NCBI RefSeq assembly: GCF_009914755.1
Contig: NC_060936.1
DNA length: 64,000 nt
From: the human T2T-CHM13v2.0 reference genome, Homo sapiens
Strand: one strand, 5' to 3'
Every line of letters starts with the position of its first letter. Within the stretch, counting starts at the first letter, position 1. Shown piece after piece: positions 45,291-64,000 of the stretch. The translations under genes were made by a program, and so were the position numbers. The notes under the pieces are model-generated. The model did no database searches. It saw only the letters and a program-made list of their open reading frames with translations, and was not told the DNA's origin.

Positions 45291-46112
45291 CTAAGGTCCT
45301 CTTCGAAGGTGGTTTGCATTCTTAATCTGGCATCTTCTCCAGGCCTAAATCTTAAGAAAAAGAAATGGGTGCTGGGGTTTGGGGGATGGGGGAGTTGTTT
45401 TGACATTTGGGAATTTCTCCCCTGCCCTTATTGGTTACGTGCCTGCAACTTATAGGTGCTTATTAAGGAGACTCTTTTCCTATACTTCTAAAATGCAAAC
45501 TGTTTCAGATTCTGAGCACCTCATTGTAAATACGATTATTCTAAAAACTCAAAGGGCGAGAACAACTGGAATTTCCCACCTTCCGTGGTGTGGGTAAATG
45601 GTATACATAAACATTAAACCTTAACCAAAGAAGAACTTTACCGCCACCAAAACAGAAACAACCCCAAACAGCCAAAAACAGTCCTTAAAAATGAGAGGAA
45701 CATTTTCTTGCATTCCTTCCTTCGGGAATTGTATTCAAAATGTAATGGAAAGTAATTGTTGACCTCCTGCTTTGGGTGAAGGAGACTGTAAGCTGGTACT
45801 TGAGAACGAATTTGCCAGCATGTGCTGTTGTTGACTGTGTGAATGATGGTGCCAGGGAATCCGTGGCTTGGTACACACTGTTTCATCCAGTGGCCACGTG
45901 GAAGCTTTGTAGCATTGAGCAGATAGTAAAATATCTTAGAATTAATGATCTCTTTGGAAGAGAGCCCAGATTTGTATGAAAACTTGTTTTTCCTCTCAAT
46001 TGTTTTGTCCACTGTTTTCTTCATTTTCCTTTTCTCTGCATACCCCCCGCCCCCCAACGTGTAGCTCTCCATCTAAGTTTTGGATAAACTGAAGTGGCAC
46101 TGTGACTTTAAA

Positions 46113-46118
46113 AATAAA
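46113..46118 (+). terminator. AATAAA, candidate ASCL4 polyadenylation signal (alternative ATTAAA at 45613-45618)
   Basis: First canonical hexamer I found after the ASCL4 stop, followed ~20 nt later by U/GU-rich sequence (cctttttgcgggttg). Confidence 0.7.
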
Positions 46119-47139
46119 AAAGAAATCTACTTGGAAGTCCTTTTTGCGGGTTGAGCCAGATGGGGGAAAGATATGGGACAAGACGGATGGATTGAAGTTG
46201 GTACATTCTCAAATATTTTTATCACCATTAGGGCTTCCAGGTACAGTATATGGAAATGATGTAGTGACTTTGGCCATGTTAAAAGCCTTTTTAAAATATT
46301 GAATTTGGGTCATTTTTTTTCTAAGAAACAATTTTGAGTTCAGTAGATAAGTTAAATGCCTGCTGATGTATGAAGATCAACTTCCCTAAGATTGTTTTCT
46401 AATATGCCGAATTATCCTTTCCATGGAGGCAGCTTTGGTTTGTGGGGGAAGAAGGAGGGGAAATGGAAATGGACAAAGAGAACTAACAGTGGAAGTGCAT
46501 CCTCCAGGTAGATTTCACTTAGATTTTATTACCCCCTTTTACAGTTGTAGCAACTAAGGCAGGCTATATCTTCAGTGGACATCTTTTATGTGCTAGGAAT
46601 TTTGTTGTGGCTTTTTACATTTTGTCCTATTTAATTGTCATAAATTTGTGGGGTGGGTATGACAAATATTTTGTGATTAAAAAAAATATGAAGCTCAAAG
46701 AGGTTACATACCTTGACCAGTTTAGTGTTGCTAGGATTCCTTGAGCTGAGATCAAGTCCCGAGCCTGAACCCAAAGCCAAGGATTTCTTTCTCCCTTACC
46801 ATGCTGTCTCTTGCTCTGTCATTTGCTAGCAGAGCAAATGTTGCTTCAACTCAGTTTTCTCACCTGTACAGAAATGTTTACAGAAGTGTATGTGAAAGAC
46901 CTTGGTAATCTGCAAGGCACTAACCAATGATAAATTAGTAGTTTTATTATTTTGGGGAAAATACTATTTCTCAGTTTATGGAGAGTAAAGCCTGGTTAAG
47001 AATAAAATCTCTAGGTGGAGTTGGTATGATTTCTTCAGTGTTTCAAAAGAGGGACAGAGTGACCACACTCTCTTACCTCCTCTGGTAATGTTCTAGGATA
47101 CATGCTTTGAACACTGAATCCATGTTAAAACATAGAATT

Positions 47140-47625
47140 GGCTGGGTGCAGTGGCTCACCCTGTAATCCCAGCACATTGGGAGGCAAAGGTAGATGGATC
47201 GCTTGAGCTCAGGAGTTTGAGACCAGCCCAGGTACTGGAAACCTTAACGTGGTTTTATTTAAAGCCCTGTTGAGAATGAGGCAATGATTTTGAGAAACCT
47301 TTTGGAAAAATAAAAATAAAACCATCTCTCAGCTGGGTGTGGTGGATCATGCGTGTAGTCCCAGCGCTTTGGGAGGCCAAGGTAGGAGGATTACTTGAGG
47401 CCAAGAGCATGAGACCAGCCCTTGGCAACATATAGAAACCTTGTACCTACAAAAATTAAAAAAATGTATCCGGGCTTGGTGGCACGCCTCTGTAGTCCCA
47501 ACTGCTCAGGAGGGCGAGGTTGGAGGTTTCCTTGCACCCAGGTGTTTGAGGCTGCCGTAAGCCATGATCGTGCCTCTGCCTGCACTCCAGCCTGGGCAAC
47601 AGAGTAAGACTACTATTTAAAAAAA
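47140..47625 (+). mobile_element. Alu left-arm fragment plus a full AluJ-like copy
   Basis: Alu motifs at 47140-47232 and 47330-47625. Confidence 0.85.
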
Positions 47626-49350
47626 TAGTAATAATTAAATGAACTCCTTCCGCAATCATATAACTTTTTAAAAGAAGAAATCTTGCAGTTTTTCTGAGAC
47701 CTTCCCCATGACTTACAGGAGGAGCACCAATCCGGGAATGAGACCTTTAAAAAGGTTTGACCTCTTTTCCGGCGAATGATCACTTCATTAACCCTAGAAC
47801 AATTTGACTTTCAAAAGGAACAAAATAAATTTCCAGTGAATTTTGTGGAAGCAAGAATGGAGGGGAGTTTTATGGCAATGAAGCATTCATAAAAGGAGAA
47901 AGATTTTCATGTCCTTCAACATCTTCCCTTTTTTTATTTTTCCCACTCAGCCCAGACATATCCCTTGATCACACTTGATTGCTTTTAGAATACTCCCTGT
48001 GGTTGGCAACCTGAGTAATTGCTGCGACACCCCATCCCACCCCACCCCACCCCGAGCGTGCAAAGCAGGAGCTGCGTTGGGATGTGGCAGAGCGTGCCCT
48101 GGCCCTGGGGCTGGATCCAGCTCTTGCCACTCACTGACTTGGTGACTTTGAGCAAGTCCCTAACTGTTGTGTTCTCAGTTTTCTATGCTAGAACACATGA
48201 AGAGTGTCACATTATCTTTTAGACTCTTCCAGCTGGAAAATATCATGCATCCGACCTGTGCAAAGTCCGAGCTGAGGGAAGCAAATGTAATAAGACATGC
48301 CCACTTCCTGCCACACAGCACGGTGCTTTCTGTTCCTGTATTTCCCTCTTCCCACTAGAATGATCCAGCCCTGGGGCTGCGGCCTACTTTTTTTTTTCTT
48401 GCTGTTACCACGCCCAGTTAAAACAAAACAGCACAAAAAATCACCAAAAGCTTTATAAGTTTTTTATGGAATGGAACTTGAAGACTCTTTACAAGCTGGT
48501 AGGGAAATAGACCGGTTTTACCTCAATATGAGGAAAAAGGTATAAATGGTATAACTGATATCCAAAATGGAAGATATGCTATGAGGAACCAAAGAAAAGA
48601 GGGATTTGGTCCAGCCTCAAGTGAGAAGGGAGCAAGAAGGAAAGGCTTTGGTGGATGCAGTGTTTAGTAGGTAAGAATGGAACGAGAACTCCAGGCAGAG
48701 GGAATAAGAGGAACAAAGTTGCTGCAAAGACAGGAACTGTTTGGAGAGCGCAGAGAGGCTGAGTAATAGGAGACTGCATACAATGGCTGAGGCAGCTCTA
48801 GGGACATTGAAAGCCAGGCTAAAACAGCTTGGAGTTTATTTTTTAACCAATGGGGAACTACTGAAAAAAAAATTGAGGGAGGGTTTTGGAGAAGGTACGT
48901 GGTTAAGGATCATGGTACTCCGGTGGTAGGAAGCAGCGGACCAATAGGGTATTGCCATAATTAAGGGAGAGGAAACAAAGTAGGGGCCTGAACTCTGACA
49001 GTATCATTGGGAATGTGAAGGGAGGGATGGATTGACAAGTGGAACTGATAGGTCTTGGCAACTCAGAGGAGGGGGAGGGGATGAGGAAGAGGGAGAAGTT
49101 AAAGACAACTGTGGTTGAAATTGAGAACACAGAAAGAGAAGTGGATTTAAAATGTAAGAGTCTTGTTTTGGAGACGCTGAATGTAAAATACTGGTAGGCT
49201 ACTCCTGCCCACAAGCAACTGAAAATGCTGAGGTTGAGGTAAAGAGAAAAGTCAAGCGTAGCTGTTTCTTTAAGAGCCACACACTTATGGGGAGTTATAG
49301 AAGTAGGTATGATCTCCACAGGAGAATGTTGATGAGAAAAAGAGAAGAAT

Positions 49351-49650
49351 TGGGCATGGTGGCTCACACCTGTAATCCCAGCACTTTGGGAGCCTGAGGT
49401 AGGAGGATCACTTGAGCCAGGAGTTCAAGACCAGCCTGTGAAACATAAGGAGACTCCCCGCTGTCTACAAAAAATTAGCCAGGCAGGGTGGTGCATGCCT
49501 GTGGTCCTAGCTACTCGGGAGGCTGAGGTGGGAGGATCACCTGAGCCCAGGAGGTCGAGGCTGCAATAAGCCATGATCACACCACTGCATTCCAGCCTGG
49601 GCAACAGAGTGACACTGTGTCTCAAAAAATACATATAAATAAATAAATAA
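49351..49650 (+). mobile_element. Alu (AluJ-like) within a decayed L2
   Basis: Dimeric Alu; aagagaagaa TSD. Confidence 0.88.
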
Positions 49651-50550
49651 AGAGAAGAAAGCAGGGACAGGCCTGCGTTGAAGGTGTGTCAGAAGAAGAA
49701 ATGTCTTTGAAGAGAGCTGAGAAATAGGAGCCAGAGAAGTTGGAAAGAGAATCAAGCTGGTATGAAATTGTGGCAATTAAATGAGGATATAATTGTATAA
49801 GAAAGAGGGAATGAGTGACAGCATCCTATGAATCAGAGGTGTCAGATGGTTGAAGTATGAGGGGATCTTATTGGGTTGAGCCCTTCACTCTGGCCCCAGT
49901 TTCTCTGCAATGTGCTGCGTGAGGCAGGGCCTGGATTGCTGTCCTGACTTTAGCACTGTCTATTGCTAGAGACCTCTGTAAGAGCAGAAATAGCACAGTG
50001 GATTGAAGAAATGAGAAGTGGAAGTCAACTTGAAGACTGCCTTTTCTGGATACTTCACAGTGAAGGGAGAAAGAGAGCTGGGCTGGTGTGACCCAAATGG
50101 AGGAAAAGATGGGATACCAAAGATACTTCTGAGCCTGAGGTCTTACAGGTAAACAGGTCTAGCTGATTCAGAGGCTCAGAGGTGACAAGGCTTCAAGGAG
50201 TCTGAAATTAGGTGGAGGTGAAGGTCTTAGGAATTGGAGAGATTAAATAACTGGGAGGGCAGAGGGTTGGAAGGTAATGCACTAAAACTAAGGTAGGTTT
50301 TTAAGTCATTGAAGAAGATGGAGCTGGTTCTGCCATTTGCAGACAGTGGAGATGAAAATGAGATGAGGGTTGTATGAAAAGTATACCTGTGTGGGTTTAA
50401 TATTGTTCCTTGGGTGCTAACTAGTTTCAAAAGCATTAAGTTATCAGTTTTTAATGACTTGGTTAAAAAAATGAGACAGATCTTCTCCATAATGGCACAT
50501 TTTAAATGATATTCATATTTATTTAGTAGTGTAAGGTTTTGTAACTATAA

Positions 50551-50911
<361 letters not shown>

Positions 50912-51334
50912 TGATAATATATGCCACACACCTTGCCCAAGAATCTGGCAGCAAATAATAGGTGCTCAATAATTCATTTATTTCCTTTTGTCTGTGGCTT
51001 CTGGGGTAAAAAAATACACTGCTTATGTACAAAAACATCAACAAAGAAACCAATACGGAGTAAATGCAATAGATTAAAGGCTAGAGAGAAATAAATAGTA
51101 CCTTACTTTCTTTCCTTTGTGGAATTTCTGGGGATGGGGGAAGAAGAATAAAAACTTGTCAAAGAAGAACAGGGTTTGGAGGAGAGTAGAACTGAGATGC
51201 CCTTCGGTCATCTAGATCTGAAGATATGGGGTCTGTGCCTTTCACAGAGCAGTTTTGGATCTGTGGGCAACAGAACTTCAAGCCTGGACCCTGGGACTTA
51301 ATTCCTGTCCTCCTGACTCCAAGTGCTATAAGCC

Positions 51335-51697
51335 TGCAATGGACTGTATGTTTGTCCCCCTCCACCGCAAATGTGTATGTTGAAATCCTAACCCCCAATG
51401 TGATGGGGTCTTTGGGAGGTGATTAGGTCATGAGGTCATGGGGCTGGAGCCCTCATGAGTGGGATTAGTGCCCTTAAAAGGGACCCCTAGAGAGTTCTCT
51501 CATCCTCTTTGTGACATCTAAGGATACAATGAAAAGTCAGCAGTCTGCAACCCAGAGAAGGCCCCTCACCAGAACCCAGCCATCATCTTGGCATCCTAAT
51601 ATTGGACTTCCAGCTTCCAGAACTGTGAGAAATAAATGGCTGTTTAAGCTGCCTAGTCTACAGTACTTTGCTATAGCAGTCCAAAGGGACTATCACA
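51335..51697 (+). mobile_element. MLT1A-type MaLR LTR, colinear
   Basis: tgcaatggactgtatgtttgtcccc...gggattagtgccctt...ccctcaccagaaccc...ttccagaactgtgagaaataaa...gactatcaca. Confidence 0.85.
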
Positions 51698-52689
51698 AAG
51701 CCTTAAACTGAACTTGAGAGCCAAGTCAAATCAGGCTGGGGAAGGTATCTCTAGGCTGTGTCAGCATTCTCCAGCTATAATCAGTTAAGAGGTTTCAGAA
51801 GGGTGTGCATGCCAAAAGCTTTCTGAGCTGTTTCTGTCTAGACAAAGGTTTTCTTCAAAGCTTTCAAAGTTATCGTCATCATCTCCAAAAATGGTTAACA
51901 ATCCCATTTTTCACCCTAGGAATGAAACTTTTGATAGCAATGTTGACCCACGGAAACCTTCTCACAGTGATCACTGTAAAGGCAGACTGTACCCCTAGGC
52001 GAGCTCTTTTGACCCTTCTGTCAACCATTGCCAGCTCTTTCATCTCCACATCAAGACAGACAGGCTGCTGGGAGAGGGCAGACAGCCTGAAGGGGCTTTA
52101 TATTTTCTTTATTGGACCATGAAACCATAGCACTGTCTCTAGCTCTTTGATTATTGTCGCTAAGTTGTGTATGTGTGTTTTACTCACAGGCTGTCTGGGT
52201 GGTGAGATTGGTTTTTTAATCCTTTCATAGCTATTTAGCTGCGTCCTTTGGTGAAGAACTGTCAGTGGCCTTTTCATGTTGGGTTACTCACTGTCATGGA
52301 CCATGGCCGAAATGAAACCTCAGATGCTGCAGAGGGAAGTGTGTCCGGATGAGAAAACTCTCCAAACCAGTTTCTGCCCACAGAGCAGGCCTTGAGGGGG
52401 CCATTTCTGAAGTTGTTTCTCATCTCCCTGACCATGAAAAAAAATATCTGAAGGAGGAATCCTATCTCAGAGTCACAGGACTAGAGAGGGCTTTGGGAAA
52501 TGACCTCCTTTGATCCTGGGAATTTTAGAGAAATAAGGGTTAAACTGTGCAGGACAGAAGCATATCTGTTCTTTCTTAAAAGACCACCAAACACAGATTC
52601 TCCCATCAGGTAACATTTCCTGAGGGCCTATTATAAGGCAGGCTAGTCCTTTATTTTTTTTAAACTTTTTAATTTTTTTAATACTTTTT

Positions 52690-53302
52690 AATTTTTTTTA
52701 TTTTTGAGACAGAGTCTCGTTCTGTCACTCAGGCTGGAGTGCAGTGCCGCAATCATGCTCACTGCAGCCTTAATTTCCCAGGCTCAAGCACTTCTCCCAC
52801 CTCAGCCTCCCAAGTAGCTGGGACTACAGCTGCATGCCACCATGCCTGGTGAATTTTTTATATTTTTTTGTAGGGTCTTGTTATGTTGCCCAGGCTGGTC
52901 TCAAACTCCTGGGCCTGAACTCTTGGGCTCAAGTGATCCTCCCATCACGGCTTCCCAAAGTGTTGGGATTACAGGTGTGAGCCACTGTGCCCCATTCCCC
53001 CCACTTTTTTTTTTGAAAGTTACTCTGTTACTCAGGCTGTAGTGTAGATGGCACGGTCACAGCTCACTGCAGCCTCCACCTCCTGGGCTTAAGTGATCCT
53101 CCGCCTCAGCTTCCTGAGTAGCTGGAACCACCGGCATGCACCACCATGTCTGGCTAGTTTTTAAGATTTCTTTTTTTTTGTAGAGACAAGCTCTCCCTGT
53201 GTTGTCCAGGCTGGTCTCAAGCTCCTGAACTCAAGTGATCCTCCCACCTCGGGTTTTCAAAGTGCTAGGATTATGGGCATGAGCCACTGCACCAAGCCTG
53301 GC
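52690..53302 (-). mobile_element. Two tandem AluJ-like copies
   Basis: Reverse-oriented Alus at ~52690-52992 and ~53005-53302. Confidence 0.85.
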
Positions 53303-54329
53303 CCTTGTAAATACTATTCCCATCTGATCTTCACAACCATCCTACAAGCCATGTATTCTATTTCACTTCCATTTTAAAGTTGAGGAAACTGAGACTTAGA
53401 GAGGTTGAGACACATCACACAGGTTAAGTGGTAGTAAACCACATCTTGTTGCAAAACCTGTGCTCTAAGCCTCTATTATGTCATTCATTTGGGCTTCCTC
53501 CATCTGTCTGTCCATTCGTCAATCAGCAAATAGTTACTGATTGCTTATAGGAAGCTTAATGATAATGGCTAAAAAGAAAAATAGAGGATTTTTGTTGTTT
53601 AATGACTTTTAATCCTTACTTTCCACCAACATCTGTTTCCTGTCTCTGTTCTGAGGCTCAGTGCTGACCACATTCAAATGACTAGACAACTTTCAGTTGT
53701 AATCAAGCATATTTTAAGATTGACATTAAGTCTCCCTGTAAGCTCTTCTTATTTGAGACCTATAGTTGTCATACAGCTTAGTATCCACACAATAAAATGA
53801 GGTACAGGTGGAATAAAGTGGATTTGGGGTCCTGGTTGCTTGGGGAATTCTTGTTAACCCCCATTCATATTCACAGCAACTGAGGTTGATTCAGAACATT
53901 TCCTGATATATTTCTGGTTTGACATCTGAAGGGAGGGCAAAGTGTTCTCTCCAGAAAGCTCATGACTATAGTTAACCTTGACAAAGTAGAAAGGACCTGG
54001 GTTCCAGTCCTGATATTACCCCCTTAAGGGCTATGTTTCCTTGGCAAGTGACATGACCTCTCTGAACCTATTTCCCCATTTGTCAAGTAGAACACCTATT
54101 CCATCTCATAGGGTTGTGGTAAAAGTGAAATTAGGTTACATAAATAAAAGAGCTCTATAAAGAGCTGTTATCACTATGAACTCATGTGCAAACAAATTCT
54201 CTAATGGAAGTTTGAGATAGCTTTGCAGAGAAAATACAACTACAGTACTCTGGCATGTAGAAAAATTCAAAGCAATATGGTCAGTCATGTTGATTAAATC
54301 TTTAATTATAGTAACGTAGAAGATTATTT

Positions 54330-55095
<766 letters not shown>

Positions 55096-55129
55096 AAGTC
55101 CTTTGTGTATGAGGTGTCATTCTTTGTTT

Positions 55130-57000
<1,871 letters not shown>

Positions 57001-57032
57001 TAATGTTTCAGCCACCCTGACCCCCATCTCTA

Positions 57033-57078
57033 ACACACACACACACCACACACACACCACACACACACACACACACAC
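57033..57078. repeat. Interrupted (CA)n microsatellite
   Basis: Direct reading. Confidence 0.9.
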
Positions 57079-58101
57079 TGACTTAACAAGGATGATTTCA
57101 GTGAACCCCATGTATTATATGCAAACTTTTGTGTGCATTTTTCTGGGAAACAGTCTAGCCTAGCTATGCACAGATTCTTAGGGAAAATCCCTGACCTCAA
57201 AACACTTAAGGACCATTGATTAACATCTCAAGGGACTCCTGGCCATTCTTTCAGATCTCCTGTTTATCAGGTTAATTATTGGGTAGTCTGGAGGGGCTTT
57301 AGCCTTCTTACTATCTTAATTACCTCCAACCTAAAACAACCTCTAGCTTACAGGAAATGCTCAGTATATGTTGGTTATTAAGATATTAGGGAAGATTCTC
57401 CTGCTCTGTTGCTAGATGCCTCAGGGTCTGAGTCCTGAATATCCTAGTGGAATTTCCAGTTCAGCTGGCTATAGAACTAATAAAAATAAACATAAAAAGG
57501 AGAAAAAGGCTAATTTTTTTTGGATCGTGAGAAGGCAGGTGTTAATTCCTGCAGTGCCCCAGGTGGAAGTTTATTGAGTCTTATGAAGTAAGCAGCCCTG
57601 GGATGGGAGATGTCCAACAGCCACCTGGATGGCCTCAGCTGCCTTGCTCCCTCTCTACCACCCACATGGTTGACAGTGGTTAGTTTCTTTCAGGAAAGAT
57701 GGGAAAATATACGCTGGTCCCAGAACCCTCACACCTGAAGTGATCTTGTTCTTTCACACCTGAAGTGATCTTGTTCTCTCCTGAAACCAAAGCATGCATT
57801 GTTTCCTCTTCAGTGAGTTATGAATTGCCTTCTGGTGTTCATTTCACTTCACTGAATATTTCTAAATGCCTTCTAAGGGCAGAACTAGGGCTTGCTTTTT
57901 ATTTTGTCAGTTGTAAGACACAGTCACCCAGCTTCTCAGCAATGTGCTGAGTGAGGCTGGCAAGTTCCTTGGGGTCACTGGGCCTCATTTCCTTGTGGGT
58001 CCTGGGGAGCTGGATTATGGGCCATCTAGCTTCCTTCAAGCTCAACATTAGGTAACTCTATCATTGTTAGCTCCTGTGTTAGTTGACTTTTCATATGTAA
58101 A

Positions 58102-58509
58102 TAATGAAGGATTTTTGCTCCTTATTTCAGCTAAATCCGAGTTCTTGTGTCACGACCAGGAAAAATTAAGCACATGGACACATTGAAGGGTGAGGACAGC
58201 GGAATTTACTGGGCGAAAAGGAAAACAAAAACCCTTAGCAAAGTGAAAAGGGGTCCCCCAATAGGCTCCCACCTCGCAGATTGACTATCAGGCCACCACA
58301 CACAAAGTGAAGAGGCCAGGGCTCCTCCCCACTGCACAAGGCACAAATTTCCCCATTCTCCCAGGCGGGTCCCCAGTCCATTGCAGGCATGCGCAGACAA
58401 GACCCTGGGCAGGTTCTCTCATCTGCACAAAAGCATTTGATGTAAACACTTGTCGGGCAGGTTGGAGATTTTCCAGCGACCTTCCCTCATCTGCCTCCTG
58501 CATCTATCA
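58102..58509 (-). mobile_element. ERV1 LTR, MER61-like (3' LTR of the adjacent provirus)
   Basis: Minus strand starts TGATAGATGCAGGAGGCAGA and ends GAGCAAAAATCCTTCATTA. It is immediately preceded by a polypurine-tract-like TAGAGGACGGAA (58510-58521). Confidence 0.8.
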
Positions 58510-62810
<4,301 letters not shown>

Positions 62811-62905
62811 GTTTTTTTGTTGTTGTTGTTGTTGCTGAGATGGAGTTTCACTCGTCACCCAGGTTGGAGTGCAATGGTGCGATCTCGGCTCACTGCCACC
62901 TCTGC

Positions 62906-64000
<1,095 letters not shown>

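Noticed and set aside
44638-45455. Alternative-frame and antisense ORFs over ASCL4 (203 aa, 146 aa, 113 aa)
   Set aside because: Shadow ORFs of a GC-rich coding sequence with no recognisable domain; the 203-aa frame starts at GTG.

Overview
Primate genomic DNA, recognisably the human PRDM4-ASCL4 locus (12q23.3, identified from the proteins, not by alignment). The left half holds the complete PRDM4 gene on the minus strand. Its 11 coding exons, all GT-AG, join into 2406 nt (801 aa plus stop). It also has a probable non-coding exon 1 in a CpG-island promoter (~30.0-30.9 kb) and a ~1.3 kb 3' UTR. The intronless ASCL4 bHLH CDS lies on the plus strand at 44.7-45.2 kb, divergent from PRDM4. The rest is dense in repeats: more than 40 Alu/FLAM/FAM copies, L1, L2, MIR, MaLR and MER21 LTRs, MER20/MER5/Tigger DNA transposons, and a truncated MER61-like ERV1 provirus at ~58.1-62.8 kb. 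I found no evidence of a wholly new gene system. The most interesting observations are: (1) a 125-bp micro-inversion inside an MLT1A LTR, bounded by a 4-bp inverted repeat; (2) a head-to-head fold-back Alu palindrome with an 8-nt loop in PRDM4 intron 5; (3) a zero-spacer p53-type element in the MER61-like LTR, next to an env-tail remnant; (4) a PRDM4 leader with a six-tract G-quadruplex motif and three uORFs, one overlapping the weak main AUG across a splice junction; (5) a speculative decayed Myb/SANT-like reading frame in intron 5. Repeat subfamily names and repeat boundaries come from visual recognition and are approximate.
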